A stretch of 64,000 nt of DNA from Dimorphilus gyrociliatus (taxonomy: Eukaryota > Animalia > Annelida). The notes beneath the pieces were generated by a model. It was not told where the DNA came from and did no database searches. It saw only the letters and a list, made by a program, of their open reading frames with translations. Location of the stretch: the NCBI GenBank assembly GCA_904063045.1, contig CAJFCJ010000005.1, positions 3,528,165-3,592,164 on the forward strand, written 5' to 3'. The stretch's first letter is position 1; each line of letters opens with the position of its first letter. Shown piece after piece: positions 52,350 through 63,144 of this stretch. Made by a program: the position numbers and the translations under genes.

Positions 52350-54178
52350 ATGGTATATAAATTTTTCATTTAATTGGTTCTATATTTTTTCATAGTATTG
52401 CTTGTTTTATCACGGAAAAGCCATACGAGTCAGGTTCTTGATCAACACATTTTCAACAACGATGATAGAACACTTTCCCCCCAATCGTCCATTGAAAGCG
52501 GAACAGTTACGTAAGATAATACCAGTAAATATTAAGATTTATGGCTGTTGTGAGGCAACACAGAATACTTCACATAAAGATATCTGGAAAAACGGTAAAC
52601 CTGCATTCTGGGATAAAGATGTTTACTTCGGGGATCCCAACAACCTATGCTCCATGTTGGGGCACAAGCCAAAAATGGAACAACTGATTCCGATGTATAC
52701 AGAAATAAAAAGGCTGACTAAGAGAGATGGTTTGCTGCTATTTAATCCTAAAACAGTAGAGGATGGCTGTCTCTTGATCCCAGATTGTGCTGATCATCTG
52801 TTCGAAGAAAATTCGTTTACGGTGATTGTTAGAAAGACAGGTCTTTAAATTTGATTAGCGATTTCTATTAATATTATAACAAACTCCTTAAATATTGCAG
52901 ATATTGAAGGATCAAGAGAAAAACAAAATATCCCGCAATTTCAAATTCCAAATTGGAATCTTCTTGGGATTGGTAATTCTCTACTTGTTCTCAGAATTAT
53001 AAATCTATTTAATAAATATTTCAGATGCATATCCTTCCACTTCTTTTGATAGACAAGCTACGTATGCAGAAGAAGATAATGTTCTAACTCCTACAAGTAT
53101 TATACTAAACATTCTAATAGAAACTGTGTGAATATAATGTTTTTATTTCTTCCCATTAGTTTCCTGTAGTTATGCTAACACCAATGATGGACTGGCCAAA
53201 AGCAAAAAAATTGAAAAAGAAGAACACCCTATGGAATTGGATCAACAAACTGAACAAGAAGAAGAACCTATGAATTTGGATCAAGAAAATGAACAAGAAG
53301 AAGGATTTTGCAAAAAGCCTGTAAGTTTATCAATTCTTAATCAATATGAAAAAGAGTGCATTCAATTTTATTTACAAATTCTTTCCTTTTTTGAACAGAA
53401 AAATGCTTTGCAGGGTATGAATACTATCATTAAATATTATATAATCAATTTTAATCACAATTTTTTCACTGTTCTCTATGATAACTCTAAGAGAAACAAA
53501 GTACAGAGGAGGAATACGTGGACGTCAAATCAAACACGTCAAAATCATTTCCAACGTTTGAGAACGATACTACCGAGAGTTCTGTTTCTTGTGAAACTGA
53601 TATTAATGATTTGCATTCGGATTGTCGGATACTAAACACTAGGCCGATGCATTGGATGACAAACAAAGCAGCAGCATTGAGTCAAGCAACGGAAATCAGT
53701 TTGGGAGCTGAAAATAATGTTTGTGATTTGAATAATCAGCAAAGACACACTCTTAAAAATCGATCTACCAAAAGTAGTGAAAACACTAACCAACAGGCAA
53801 GACAGTTAAAAAATCAGCCATTAAACACTGGGTTGATGGTTGCCATAAAAAGAAATAAAATAGAATTATCAACTGAGAAAAATCATCTTCAAATGGATTA
53901 TCAACAATTTGGACAAATGCCGGAAAAGGTATATTCTACTGAAACTCAGCCATGTAAGGAAAACGCCACTTTTGATCCAGGACATGAAAATAATCCAGAA
54001 CAATTCGACGGTATGTCAGCAAACCTTTTGTTAAACTTCTATAGTCTATGATTATGAAATTCCAATAGATTTTTTCGATACGTTTCCCGTCGACAAGGTG
54101 AATGCTGCTCTAATCGGGCATAATGACGAAAATTTGAATGCTTCAGCCGTTCAATATCAAATGTACACGGAAGACTAA
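52350..54178 (+). CDS. Array member E: NRF1/EWG-like domain protein with acidic tail, apparently intact
   Basis: ATG|intron|YCLFYHG...EQLRKIIPVNIK...KPAFWDKDVYFGDPNNL...MYTEIKRLTKRDGLLLF, followed by phase-compatible exons (including a 16-nt one near 53400) to TAA 54176-54178. Confidence 0.7.
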
Positions 54179-54370
54179 GAAATCTAGAAATATCCAGCGT
54201 TGAACCATCTATCAATTTTAAATTCAACTCTCACGATATATTGAAATAATATCTAATATTTTATTTAATATTCACTTCTTCTGTGTCTAGAACAAAGAGA
54301 ATTTTAATGAAAAGATGATAATATTATTGATAACAGGTTTTTGTGCTCCGTAAGTTAATTAACGAACTCT

Positions 54371-55291
54371 TCAATGAGTTGTTGCATAAGCATTAGATGT
54401 TGGCGCCATACTTAGAGTCGTAATTCGTGATGATCTTCTGAGAATACTTTCTTTAATATTCTGTCTAAAAGTTTGTTTAAAGATCATGTAAACAAAACAA
54501 TTTGTTGAATTATTAAAGTAATATGAATATTTAAGTGATATATTTAGATTTTTCAAATAACTATCTAAAATAGAAGGAAGCCAACAAATGAAAAATATTA
54601 ACGTCACTCCAAAAAGCATTGTAGCTGATTTTATTTGACTTTTCATTTTTCCAATCATTTTATTGCTATCATTCGTCCGTTTCTTTTTTGTGTCTTCTAT
54701 CTTTCTTAAAGCAACCCTAAATATGGATATATAGGCTAAAACAATTCCGAAAATTAGTAACATAAAAGCAACATGTGACATAATTGTTGTCAATTTTGAA
54801 AAGGAATTATTCACATTAGGTTGACATTTTATATAGATTATAGTAGTATTTTCATAAATTGTTACATTTGAATAGAAAAATGATGTAAAACTACCAAAAA
54901 TTAAACAAAAGAAGAAAATAGATGCGGTTAAAATGTAAATATGTTTAATCTTTAATACATGTGGTTTATGAATTGCAAACCACCTTTCAACGGCTATTGC
55001 TGCTGATAAGAATATAGAACATATAGTTAAAATATGTAGAAGAGATGATACGCATTTACACATTATAGTACTCTCAATTATTCTCAATTCGTTTACAATA
55101 GTTAAAGGAATTGCTATTGAACAAGTTAGCAGATCCATTATCGCTAACACTTTAATAAAAAAGTTTGCTAATGTTGAAAATTTAGCTTTAAAAGGATAAA
55201 ACTTTAGTATAATAATATTTGACGGAATACCAATAACTGTATACATTGTCATTAAAGGAATAAATAATATCAAATCGCTATACATTTTCAT
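54371..55291 (-). CDS. Single-exon orphan class A (rhodopsin-like) GPCR
   Basis: Seven hydrophobic segments with GIPSNIIIL (TM1), LAIMDLLTC (TM2), AIAVERW (TM3), FFICWLP (TM6) and NNSTNCFVY (TM7). First in-frame ATG at 55291. Confidence 0.88.
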   Translation of the reverse strand: MKMYSDLILFIPLMTMYTVIGIPSNIIILKFYPFKAKFSTLANFFIKVLAIMDLLTCSIAIPLTIVNELRIIESTIMCKCVSSLLHILTICSIFLSAAIAVERWFAIHKPHVLKIKHIYILTASIFFFCLIFGSFTSFFYSNVTIYENTTIIYIKCQPNVNNSFSKLTTIMSHVAFMLLIFGIVLAYISIFRVALRKIEDTKKKRTNDSNKMIGKMKSQIKSATMLFGVTLIFFICWLPSILDSYLKNLNISLKYSYYFNNSTNCFVYMIFKQTFRQNIKESILRRSSRITTLSMAPTSNAYATTH

Positions 55292-55864
55292 ACCAAACGT
55301 GATAAGCAAGAAGATTTTCTCAGGAGAAAATTGATGTAAATCCACTTATTTCCAAGTTGGTAATGATGTAGAATGTAGTAGTGCATTAAAGAAAAGTGTT
55401 ATAGTACATAAACCTAACACTATCCGCATTATTAATTAGTAATTACAGAATATATATACAGTGCATAGACTGTATATATTAGTATAAAGATATATAGTAG
55501 TATTTCTTTCATTATGGCTTAGACATTATATCAGTCAATATGCTTTCTTCTTTTTCCTATTGAAGTAACTTTTTTTGTGTAATACACAAATTAAAAGAAT
55601 GAGATATACGGTATATAAATGTAATACTTGTTTCATATATATAGTAAAACCGTCTAAATATGTTTTCTCTGTAAACAAATATAAACAAAAATGGCGGAGG
55701 GGTATAGTCAATAATGAGTCTATTTTTTGGTACTACTACATAAGACTATCGTATCGTAATAGTAATATAATACGATATTTAAGTATTTAATGTCAATAAA
55801 CTATGTGAGTTTCTACTTTTTTTCAAATGTATAAATACTTTTAAAGAATTATCAAAATGGAGTT

Positions 55865-57346
55865 TTATTTAACAATAGGTATTTCTTCAATTTCTTCGTC
55901 AGTATCATCAATATCATAAATACTACTATCGCTACTTGTAATGCTTATAGTACGTTCTCTACTGCTGCTTAAACGTTTTGGTCCATAAAAGGGCTTTTTC
56001 TTTTGAGGTTCCCCAGGATCGTCTATAGTCAATACCAAATGGCTACCTAAAGTGTTCCTTAAAATTTTCAGTCTTCTATCAGGTGAATAACGAGGACATC
56101 TCTATAAAATCAAACCAATAGTAATTTATTATGTTATTTAATATTATTATTATATTACTTCTCTGGCTTCACGTAAATAGTTAATTTTTCTATTTATCAT
56201 ATCGTCAAAAAGTTTCAATAATTTTCCATTAACAACTTTTATTTCGCTATTATCTTCTCTCTGATCGATAATTGAATAAAGCAGCTTTCCAAAACATTCT
56301 AACGCCTATAAATAGATATTATGGAAAAAAAAAGTTAATTAGTATATAAACATGTGCTTATAAAAAAGTACAACATCTTTAAGATTCTTCGTCGTTTCAC
56401 CCCAGGCAATATTTATCCTTTTTTCCGATATTTTTATTTGATTAGTTTTCTTTAAAATGAATATCCTTTTTTCAAAGATCTCTAAAACATCAATAATAAT
56501 TATGTAGCATAAATTTTCATCAAATTTCGCATACGTTTTTATGATATCATTTAAAAGCATTTCTTCAGTTTTTCAGTTGGAAAAGAACTACTAAATTAGT
56601 ATTGAATGTCTCTTACAAGTACTCAACTTATTTTTAGCATTGATACAGAGAGCATTAATACATATTGTCATCATACAATATATACTGTATCTAATTCTCG
56701 TGTATTAATTGATATTTTCGAAAAATACCTGAGCTTTGATACTTGTACTAAACATACTATTTATTGGTTGTGGCTAATACTAATACTATTATTATTAAAC
56801 ATTATATAAAGTTTAACAATGCGTTTCCTTCTTTTTCTTACTTTCTTACTTTCGTTTCGTAACTGTTCCTTTCAAACTGTCGTTTCGAAATTGACGGTTC
56901 GTTTTGCATAATTTGTTATTCTTAACTGTTTAATCACAATAGTATATCGTAGTAATAAAAATTCATTGACTACTTGAAGTAAATTGACTATTACTAATAT
57001 TTACATGTAATACATTTCGCGATTAAGTTAAAAACACTAATCTATTCGAAATTATATTCAATAACACTTTTTGAATATACAAATAAAGCTAAATGAATGC
57101 ATAAACCACGATTCTCACAAAAATAACAAAAAAAATAGAGGATAAGAAACTGGTATTTATCTTCAAGAAAAGAGAACGACGAATTTTTTGATGATCTGGT
57201 CTTTTTAGATGATTCATTATATAACCGTTATAATTTATTTTAGTTTCATAATTTGCTCTGAGAAAATTATAGTGTGAATCATTTTTCTTTGGCTTATGAT
57301 ATTTTTCATCCAGGAAGTTTACTAAATTTATATAAACCCTAATCAA
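55865..57346 (-). CDS. Multi-exon uncharacterised gene or pseudogene; 5' end unresolved
   Basis: GT-AG-bounded open segments at about 57150-57358, 56845-56930, 56350-56590, 56160-56310 and 55865-56103 (RCPRYSPDRR...DDTDEEIEEIPIVK*). One internal join could not be made in frame. Confidence 0.45.
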
Positions 57347-57498
57347 CGACTGATCTTACAGCATTCGAGGGTCTCGCCTCGTCCGGAAAAATCGACTAAA
57401 TTTCCACCAAGTTTAGGAAGAAATTACATTTTCCATTGTTTCTTTTTGTACATTGTGACAATATTTTAATTTAAAGACAGAATAATAAGAAAACGAAT

Positions 57499-58842
57499 AT
57501 GCGAATAAATGAAAAGGACACTATTAACAGAAGGGAAATGGGTGATTTCTTTATTGCCATGATAGAGAAAATAAGACAATTCTCTCATAATAAGTAAGTA
57601 GATTCCATATATTTGCATATATTACGATCATTTTAAAAGGTATCAAAAAAATTTTGTGACAATGCCCAAGATTAAGAGTAGTGGCTCAACGTAGAATAAA
57701 TATAATAAATATACTAATATCTAATGCTAACTCTTTTCATATGGCAGCAACCAAATAACTAATAGGGTAATTGCCAGCCCAACTGAAATTAACAATATTT
57801 TAAATGAATGTAAGTATATGAAAACTTGTAATGCAACTTTTTAATACAAACATTACACTTTATGTTATTTAATCTTTATAGTTCATTCAAATACTGAAAA
57901 TGTGATTGAAGTACGATGGAAAGTTAATGAATTTAGATTAGAGACTATCAGCAAAATTAAAATGTTATTGAATTACAACGATTGGAGACAATTAAAGGTT
58001 GAACAACTAAGATCTCTTATAGCAATCATTATAAGAATGTTTTCGTGTGGACCTAACTTAAATACTGGATCAATTTTTTTACACAAACCTCAAAGCTATA
58101 GCCATGAGATAATATTCGGAAATCCTCATAATTCATTTAGACAAAGCAAAAATAAATTAAAAAAAAACAATTTATTGGACATGCTAACAGAATTATCAAG
58201 AGTTATAAACCTGCATGGATTTCTATTCTATAGCAAGGTTTTATCAGTTGAAGTAAATTCGCCAATGATACCTTTAAGAAACCAACCGTGTTGTTACTCT
58301 TCTTCAATATCATTCCTTTTGCTAAAGGAAACAAATGTTGCAAATAATGATTCAATGAAGTTTTCTACTGAAGAAGAAAGTTTTCACGATTTAGAAGTCA
58401 TAAACCCACGTAAATATTACAACTAGACAACCTAGTGATAATTCTATATACAAATATATTATTTTACGAATTTAGAGGTAATTAACGATGATAACTGGAA
58501 TAGAAGTAATTTATCTTCCTATAATTCATTATATGAATACTTTCAAGATGATAGTAATAAAGAACAAAGTATTTAAAAATTGTTCACTCATTTTAACTTT
58601 TGTAAAAATTTACTCTTTCTCCTATTCTACCAGACGTCGAAAATCGTTATACTGAATTGAATAATTCTACAATCACAAATGTCTTTTCGCCATGTGGAAC
58701 AGAGAATGTCAACTATTCCAACACGGACTATAAAACAGGTATAATCTTAATATTATAAAACAAAAGAAAAAACTAAGGAATAAAGTATAGTTCGTATTGA
58801 ATTTTTTTTCCTTTTGATAAATTCCCCTTCGTTTTAGCTTGA
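57499..58842 (+). CDS. Array member F: most divergent NRF1/EWG-like domain protein
   Basis: ORF 57902-58426 contains WRQLKVEQLRSLIAIIIRMFSCG...HKPQSYSHEIIFGNPHN...MLTELSRVINLHGFLFY, followed by small acidic exons. The 5' exon joins are uncertain. Confidence 0.55.
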
Positions 58843-60171
58843 AATGTAACATCGTGAATCATCAACTACTCAGAGAATTTATTAGGGAAGTAAACTTAAC
58901 CGACGATACAGGACTAATTTTAATCAACAGAAATATGTAAATATAAAGTATTTTGCTACTACAATCTGTAATTTCCGAAGGTGAATTGACAATTTTTGCT
59001 AACTTATTTACAAAGATTCATTATGTATAAAGCTTCTTTTCATCTTAAACATTTGACTAATTTATTTTTACTTATTTATACAAATATAATATATTAGTAT
59101 ATTATATATATTTACAACGAATCCTCTTTTCATAACAAAATTGCGTACAGTCTTTGTAAAGCTCTTGTGAAGGACGATCATCTACGCATTCCATGCAGTA
59201 TTTTTTTTGCCCGGGTCTTCAATTCATATTCGAAATATTCTCGGTGGAAGAGTTACATAAGACTTTTTAAACTATTAACATTTCTATACAATTCACAACT
59301 CTTGTTACTATTCTCCAAAGAGTTAAGGTTGTCGCAAAAAATATGACAAGTTTAAATATTTCACCTTTTTCTAATCCGTACTTAAAACACTGAACACTGA
59401 ATATTATGGTATTAAAACTATTAGACTTTTTCCTTAATTTATTTACCTAAACATTCTTTTCTTTTTAAAAAAAAAATTTAACAAAACCTAAACATTTCTT
59501 CGTTTTCATTTTTATATTTGAGAAGAGTTTTTTTTAATTGTTATTGCGTAATTTTCAGAAATTCCTTTACAAATCCCTACAGCAGCTAAGTAAATTGCTT
59601 CGGGACATCTTAGATGTAGCTCTCCAACACAATAAGAACACTTGTGTTTAAGAGTCGAATTTGACCTATAACTATAGTCAATTTTAGCTTATAATAACAC
59701 TAAAAACTTATTATTTACATGTTTTCTCGCTTTTCCTTCATCTTAAAAATAAGTTGAAGTAAGAAGGAAGAAATATTTTTCCAAAATTGTTTATTACCTT
59801 CCTGTATAACATCTCTAAAAACAAATTAGTAATAAATCTCTATACAGACGTTTTTGTACCAAAATATTACGTCAGTGCGATCCTAATTAAATTAAATTGT
59901 AGAATTTTACTTATTTTATCATATTTTTGGTTTATTTAGGGAAGAATAACAAGTTTGTTTAAAAAAAAGTAAAAAAGAAACATTTAGAAGTTTTTAATCA
60001 ATTATCGAATATGTTTCGAATGCGTTTACGCTGTCCCTTTGAAGGTGAAAATATGTAATATCAACTTTGTATTTTGAACCAGTTCCTCCGGTCATTGTAG
60101 GTCAGAGCGTATCACGTTATCAACACAATTTACTTAGGCTCCGCTCTGCAAACTATACAACATAATAAATA

Positions 60172-61712
60172 ATGAATTCTATTAGAAGAGGAATAGTTGG
60201 TCTAGTTGGAAGAACTCCAATGATAAGACTAAATCGAATGAGCGAGGATACTGGTAAAAAACTATCTCAATAATTACTCAATTAAAATAATAAATGGCAC
60301 ATAACTGAATTATCCAGGTTGTGAAATTCTTGCAAAAGGAGAGTTTGCAAGTGCTGGTGGATCAGTTAAAGATAGGGCAGCCTTATATTTAATTAGAGAC
60401 GCGGAGAAGAAGGGTTTAAAGCCGGGCGGTACTATTGTTGAAGGAACAGCCGGTAATACAGGAATTGGTCTTGCTCATTTATGTTTGGCTATGGGCTATA
60501 AATGCGTTATTTTCATGCCGAATACGCAATCCCAGGTTAATTTTCCTTTTTTTGCATTGTCATTATTATTATTATTATCTTTAATGACCTTTAAAACTAT
60601 CTATTAAAAACATAATAATAAAATACCCAAGATTACCAGTTTTAACTTTATTTAATAAACTTTCTAAATATAGAACTAATCAATCGATTAATATATTTTT
60701 AGGAAAAAATGGAGTGCCTTACAACACTAGGAGCGGAAGTAAGAGCCGTTCCAGCAGTGCCATTGACAGATGAAAATAATTACAATCATCAGGTAGGTTT
60801 TTAATTTCAATTGTCTATATAATATTCAAGTATACATGCGTGTGTGTATATAGGCTAAACGATATGCTGACGGTATCGAAAACGCAATATGGACAAACCA
60901 ATTTGACAATACGGCAAATACTTTAGCCCATATAGAAACGACTGGCCCCGAAATATGGGAAGAAACTGGAGGTAAGGTTGACGCGGTTGTCTTTGGAAGT
61001 GGATCTGCCGGCACAATTGCTGGAGCAGGAATATATTTAAAAGAAAAAAAAAAGGACGTTCAAGTCGTTCTTGCCGATCCAGATGTAGGTGTATTGACAT
61101 GCAAATGATGCATTTCTTACAAAAAAAAAAACAGTTATAAATGATTGCCGAAAAACCCTATCAATCTTAAAATTCTATGATCTTGATGTTTTTTACCCTC
61201 AGGGTAGTATGTTATATAACTATTTCAAGCACGGAAAACTTGAGAGAACTGGTACCGGATCAATCACAGAAGGTATTGGACAAGGCCGATTGACAAACAA
61301 CTTTAAACAAGCTCCATTAGATGACGCAATGAACATTCCTGATACTGATGCTGTTAATATGGTATTTAAAGCGCAAATGCTTTTAATTAGCGGAAAAAAT
61401 ACAATTTCCAATTACAGACTTTTAGGTTACTTCACGAAGAAGGATTATTCGTTGGTGCATCGTCGGGTTTAAATGTCGCCGCAGCTGTTCGAGTAGCCAA
61501 AATGATGGGTCCTGGACATACAATAGTTACTGCTTTATGCGATGGAGGACAGGTTTGAAGCTCTAAATACCTTTTACATTGACAATCGAAGGATGCATTA
61601 TTGTTTTTTTTTCTCACAGCGTTACTACAATAAGTTGTTTAGCAGAGAAGAGCTCAAAACCAGAGGTTTATTAGATTGTATACCAAAGGAATACCAAGTA
61701 TCTCTGCACTAG
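60172..61712 (+). CDS. PLP-dependent cysteine synthase (O-acylserine sulfhydrylase), fungal CysB/Cys11-like, 7 exons
   Basis: GGSVKDRAA (PLP lysine), [72 protein letters not shown] and [13 protein letters not shown]. All introns are canonical GT-AG. Confidence 0.92.
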
Positions 61713-63018
61713 TATATACATCTATCTATTTTATATTAAAATACATTTAAATGTATACTTTATAATTGTACTTAGGGGAAAAACACCCTAACTGAGAAAA
61801 TGCTAGTAATACTGAAATACAGTAACACAGTATTAAATTTTTTAATAATTAGTGTTTTACAACCTATTAGGAATTCTATCAAATGACTTAATCGTAGACG
61901 GGTGAAGGGGGCGGAAAAACACTAGGAGGGGGTAGGAGAGACTCTATGGTCAAATTTCAATACTATGTTTCCATGTACAGAAGTAATTAATATTCATTAA
62001 AAGAAAAGAAAGAGGAATAATAAATTCTTACATTTAAATGAGAAGATTTTGTACACTTCTTATTAAGGTCGTTAAGTAGTTTTTTAGCAATAAATTATAA
62101 AGCTATTCAAACAAAACTGACCTTATGCACGTGTCCGTAAAATTTCATATTCACCCAACTAATACTTCGTTCCCAATAATAATACAAAAAAAAAGATGGG
62201 AAAGAAACATTTATCAAATACCTCCTTAAAATTTGTTTGAACAAGTATTCAACCGTCGAAAGATGGCAGTGAATAATACGCGTAAATCACCTTTTATTCG
62301 TAGAGGCGTTGACGCGTTTTTATTGAAGTGCTAAAATTTCACTTCCATGAATATTTAAAATATGCTAATTATTTCAACTGGCTTCTTCCTATTTAAGCTA
62401 ATAGAGACAATTTACTTTATAATTAACTTGAATTCACAATCGATAATTACTTTTTTGCAACATTTTCTCAGCCCATTTTACATATAATAAGGCCTAATTT
62501 AAATATACTTTTCTTATCATTCCGTAATACTCGATCTAATTTATGCGTATGTAAAATATGCGTGTGTGAACACTTATAAAGCTGTTGAAAAATTCATCAA
62601 TTAACAAATTAATAATAAAGCTCTTCCGTTTAATTAATAATTTATAGTAAATTGTATTTTGTACATTTTGGAAAGGCGATATAAATAAGAATGAAAAACA
62701 TAAAGAGATTTTATTTAATGCTTTTCTTTTTAAAAAAACAAAATGAAAAAATAGTAAAAAATAAAAGTAGAAACGACCAAGTGATTGAGCTCTCAATCAT
62801 GTTAGATATAATACAATATGTACACTTAATGTATATATTTATATAAGAGTAGTCATGCCTCACATTTATGGTCCTTAAGCACATCCAAAAAACAAACACT
62901 AGAATAGCCTGAAGCTTGATTCGGATTAAGCCATTAAGATCAATTAAATTCCTCCAATTTCATATTTATAGCCACTAAGCATTGGAATTCGAGGAATTTC
63001 ATCCTTAAGAAAAATTAT

Positions 63019-63144
63019 TCAAGAAACAAGATTAATCTCTTCATCGCTCTCTTCTTTCTCTTCCTCTTTGTTATTGGACGATAAAATTTCACGTTCCTTT
63101 GAGTTTCGCCATTTCATTCTTCTATTTTGAAACCATATTTTAAC
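63019..63144 (-). CDS. Dbx: Last coding exon of a Dbx-class homeobox gene (upstream exons not found in the window)
   Basis: TTTTAG acceptor followed by VKIWFQNRRMKWRNSKEREILSS...*. The WRNSKERE(L/I)LSS extension after helix 3 is characteristic of DBX proteins. Confidence 0.85.
   Translation of the reverse strand, partial: VKIWFQNRRMKWRNSKEREILSSNNKEEEKEESDEEINLVS

Noticed and set aside
41445-58842. Idea that the array domain is a degenerate SAM-methyltransferase, because ExxRxxxxGxL resembles EVKRVLVPGGCL
   Set aside because: No GxGxG motif I is present, and the QLRxxIP and KPxxW-xxD-x-x-W motifs fit NRF1/EWG better. Kept only as an alternative to test.
61341-61430. Apparent frameshift or non-canonical intron in the cysteine synthase
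   Set aside because: Resolved by a canonical GTATTT...TTACAG intron giving [11 protein letters not shown] in frame.
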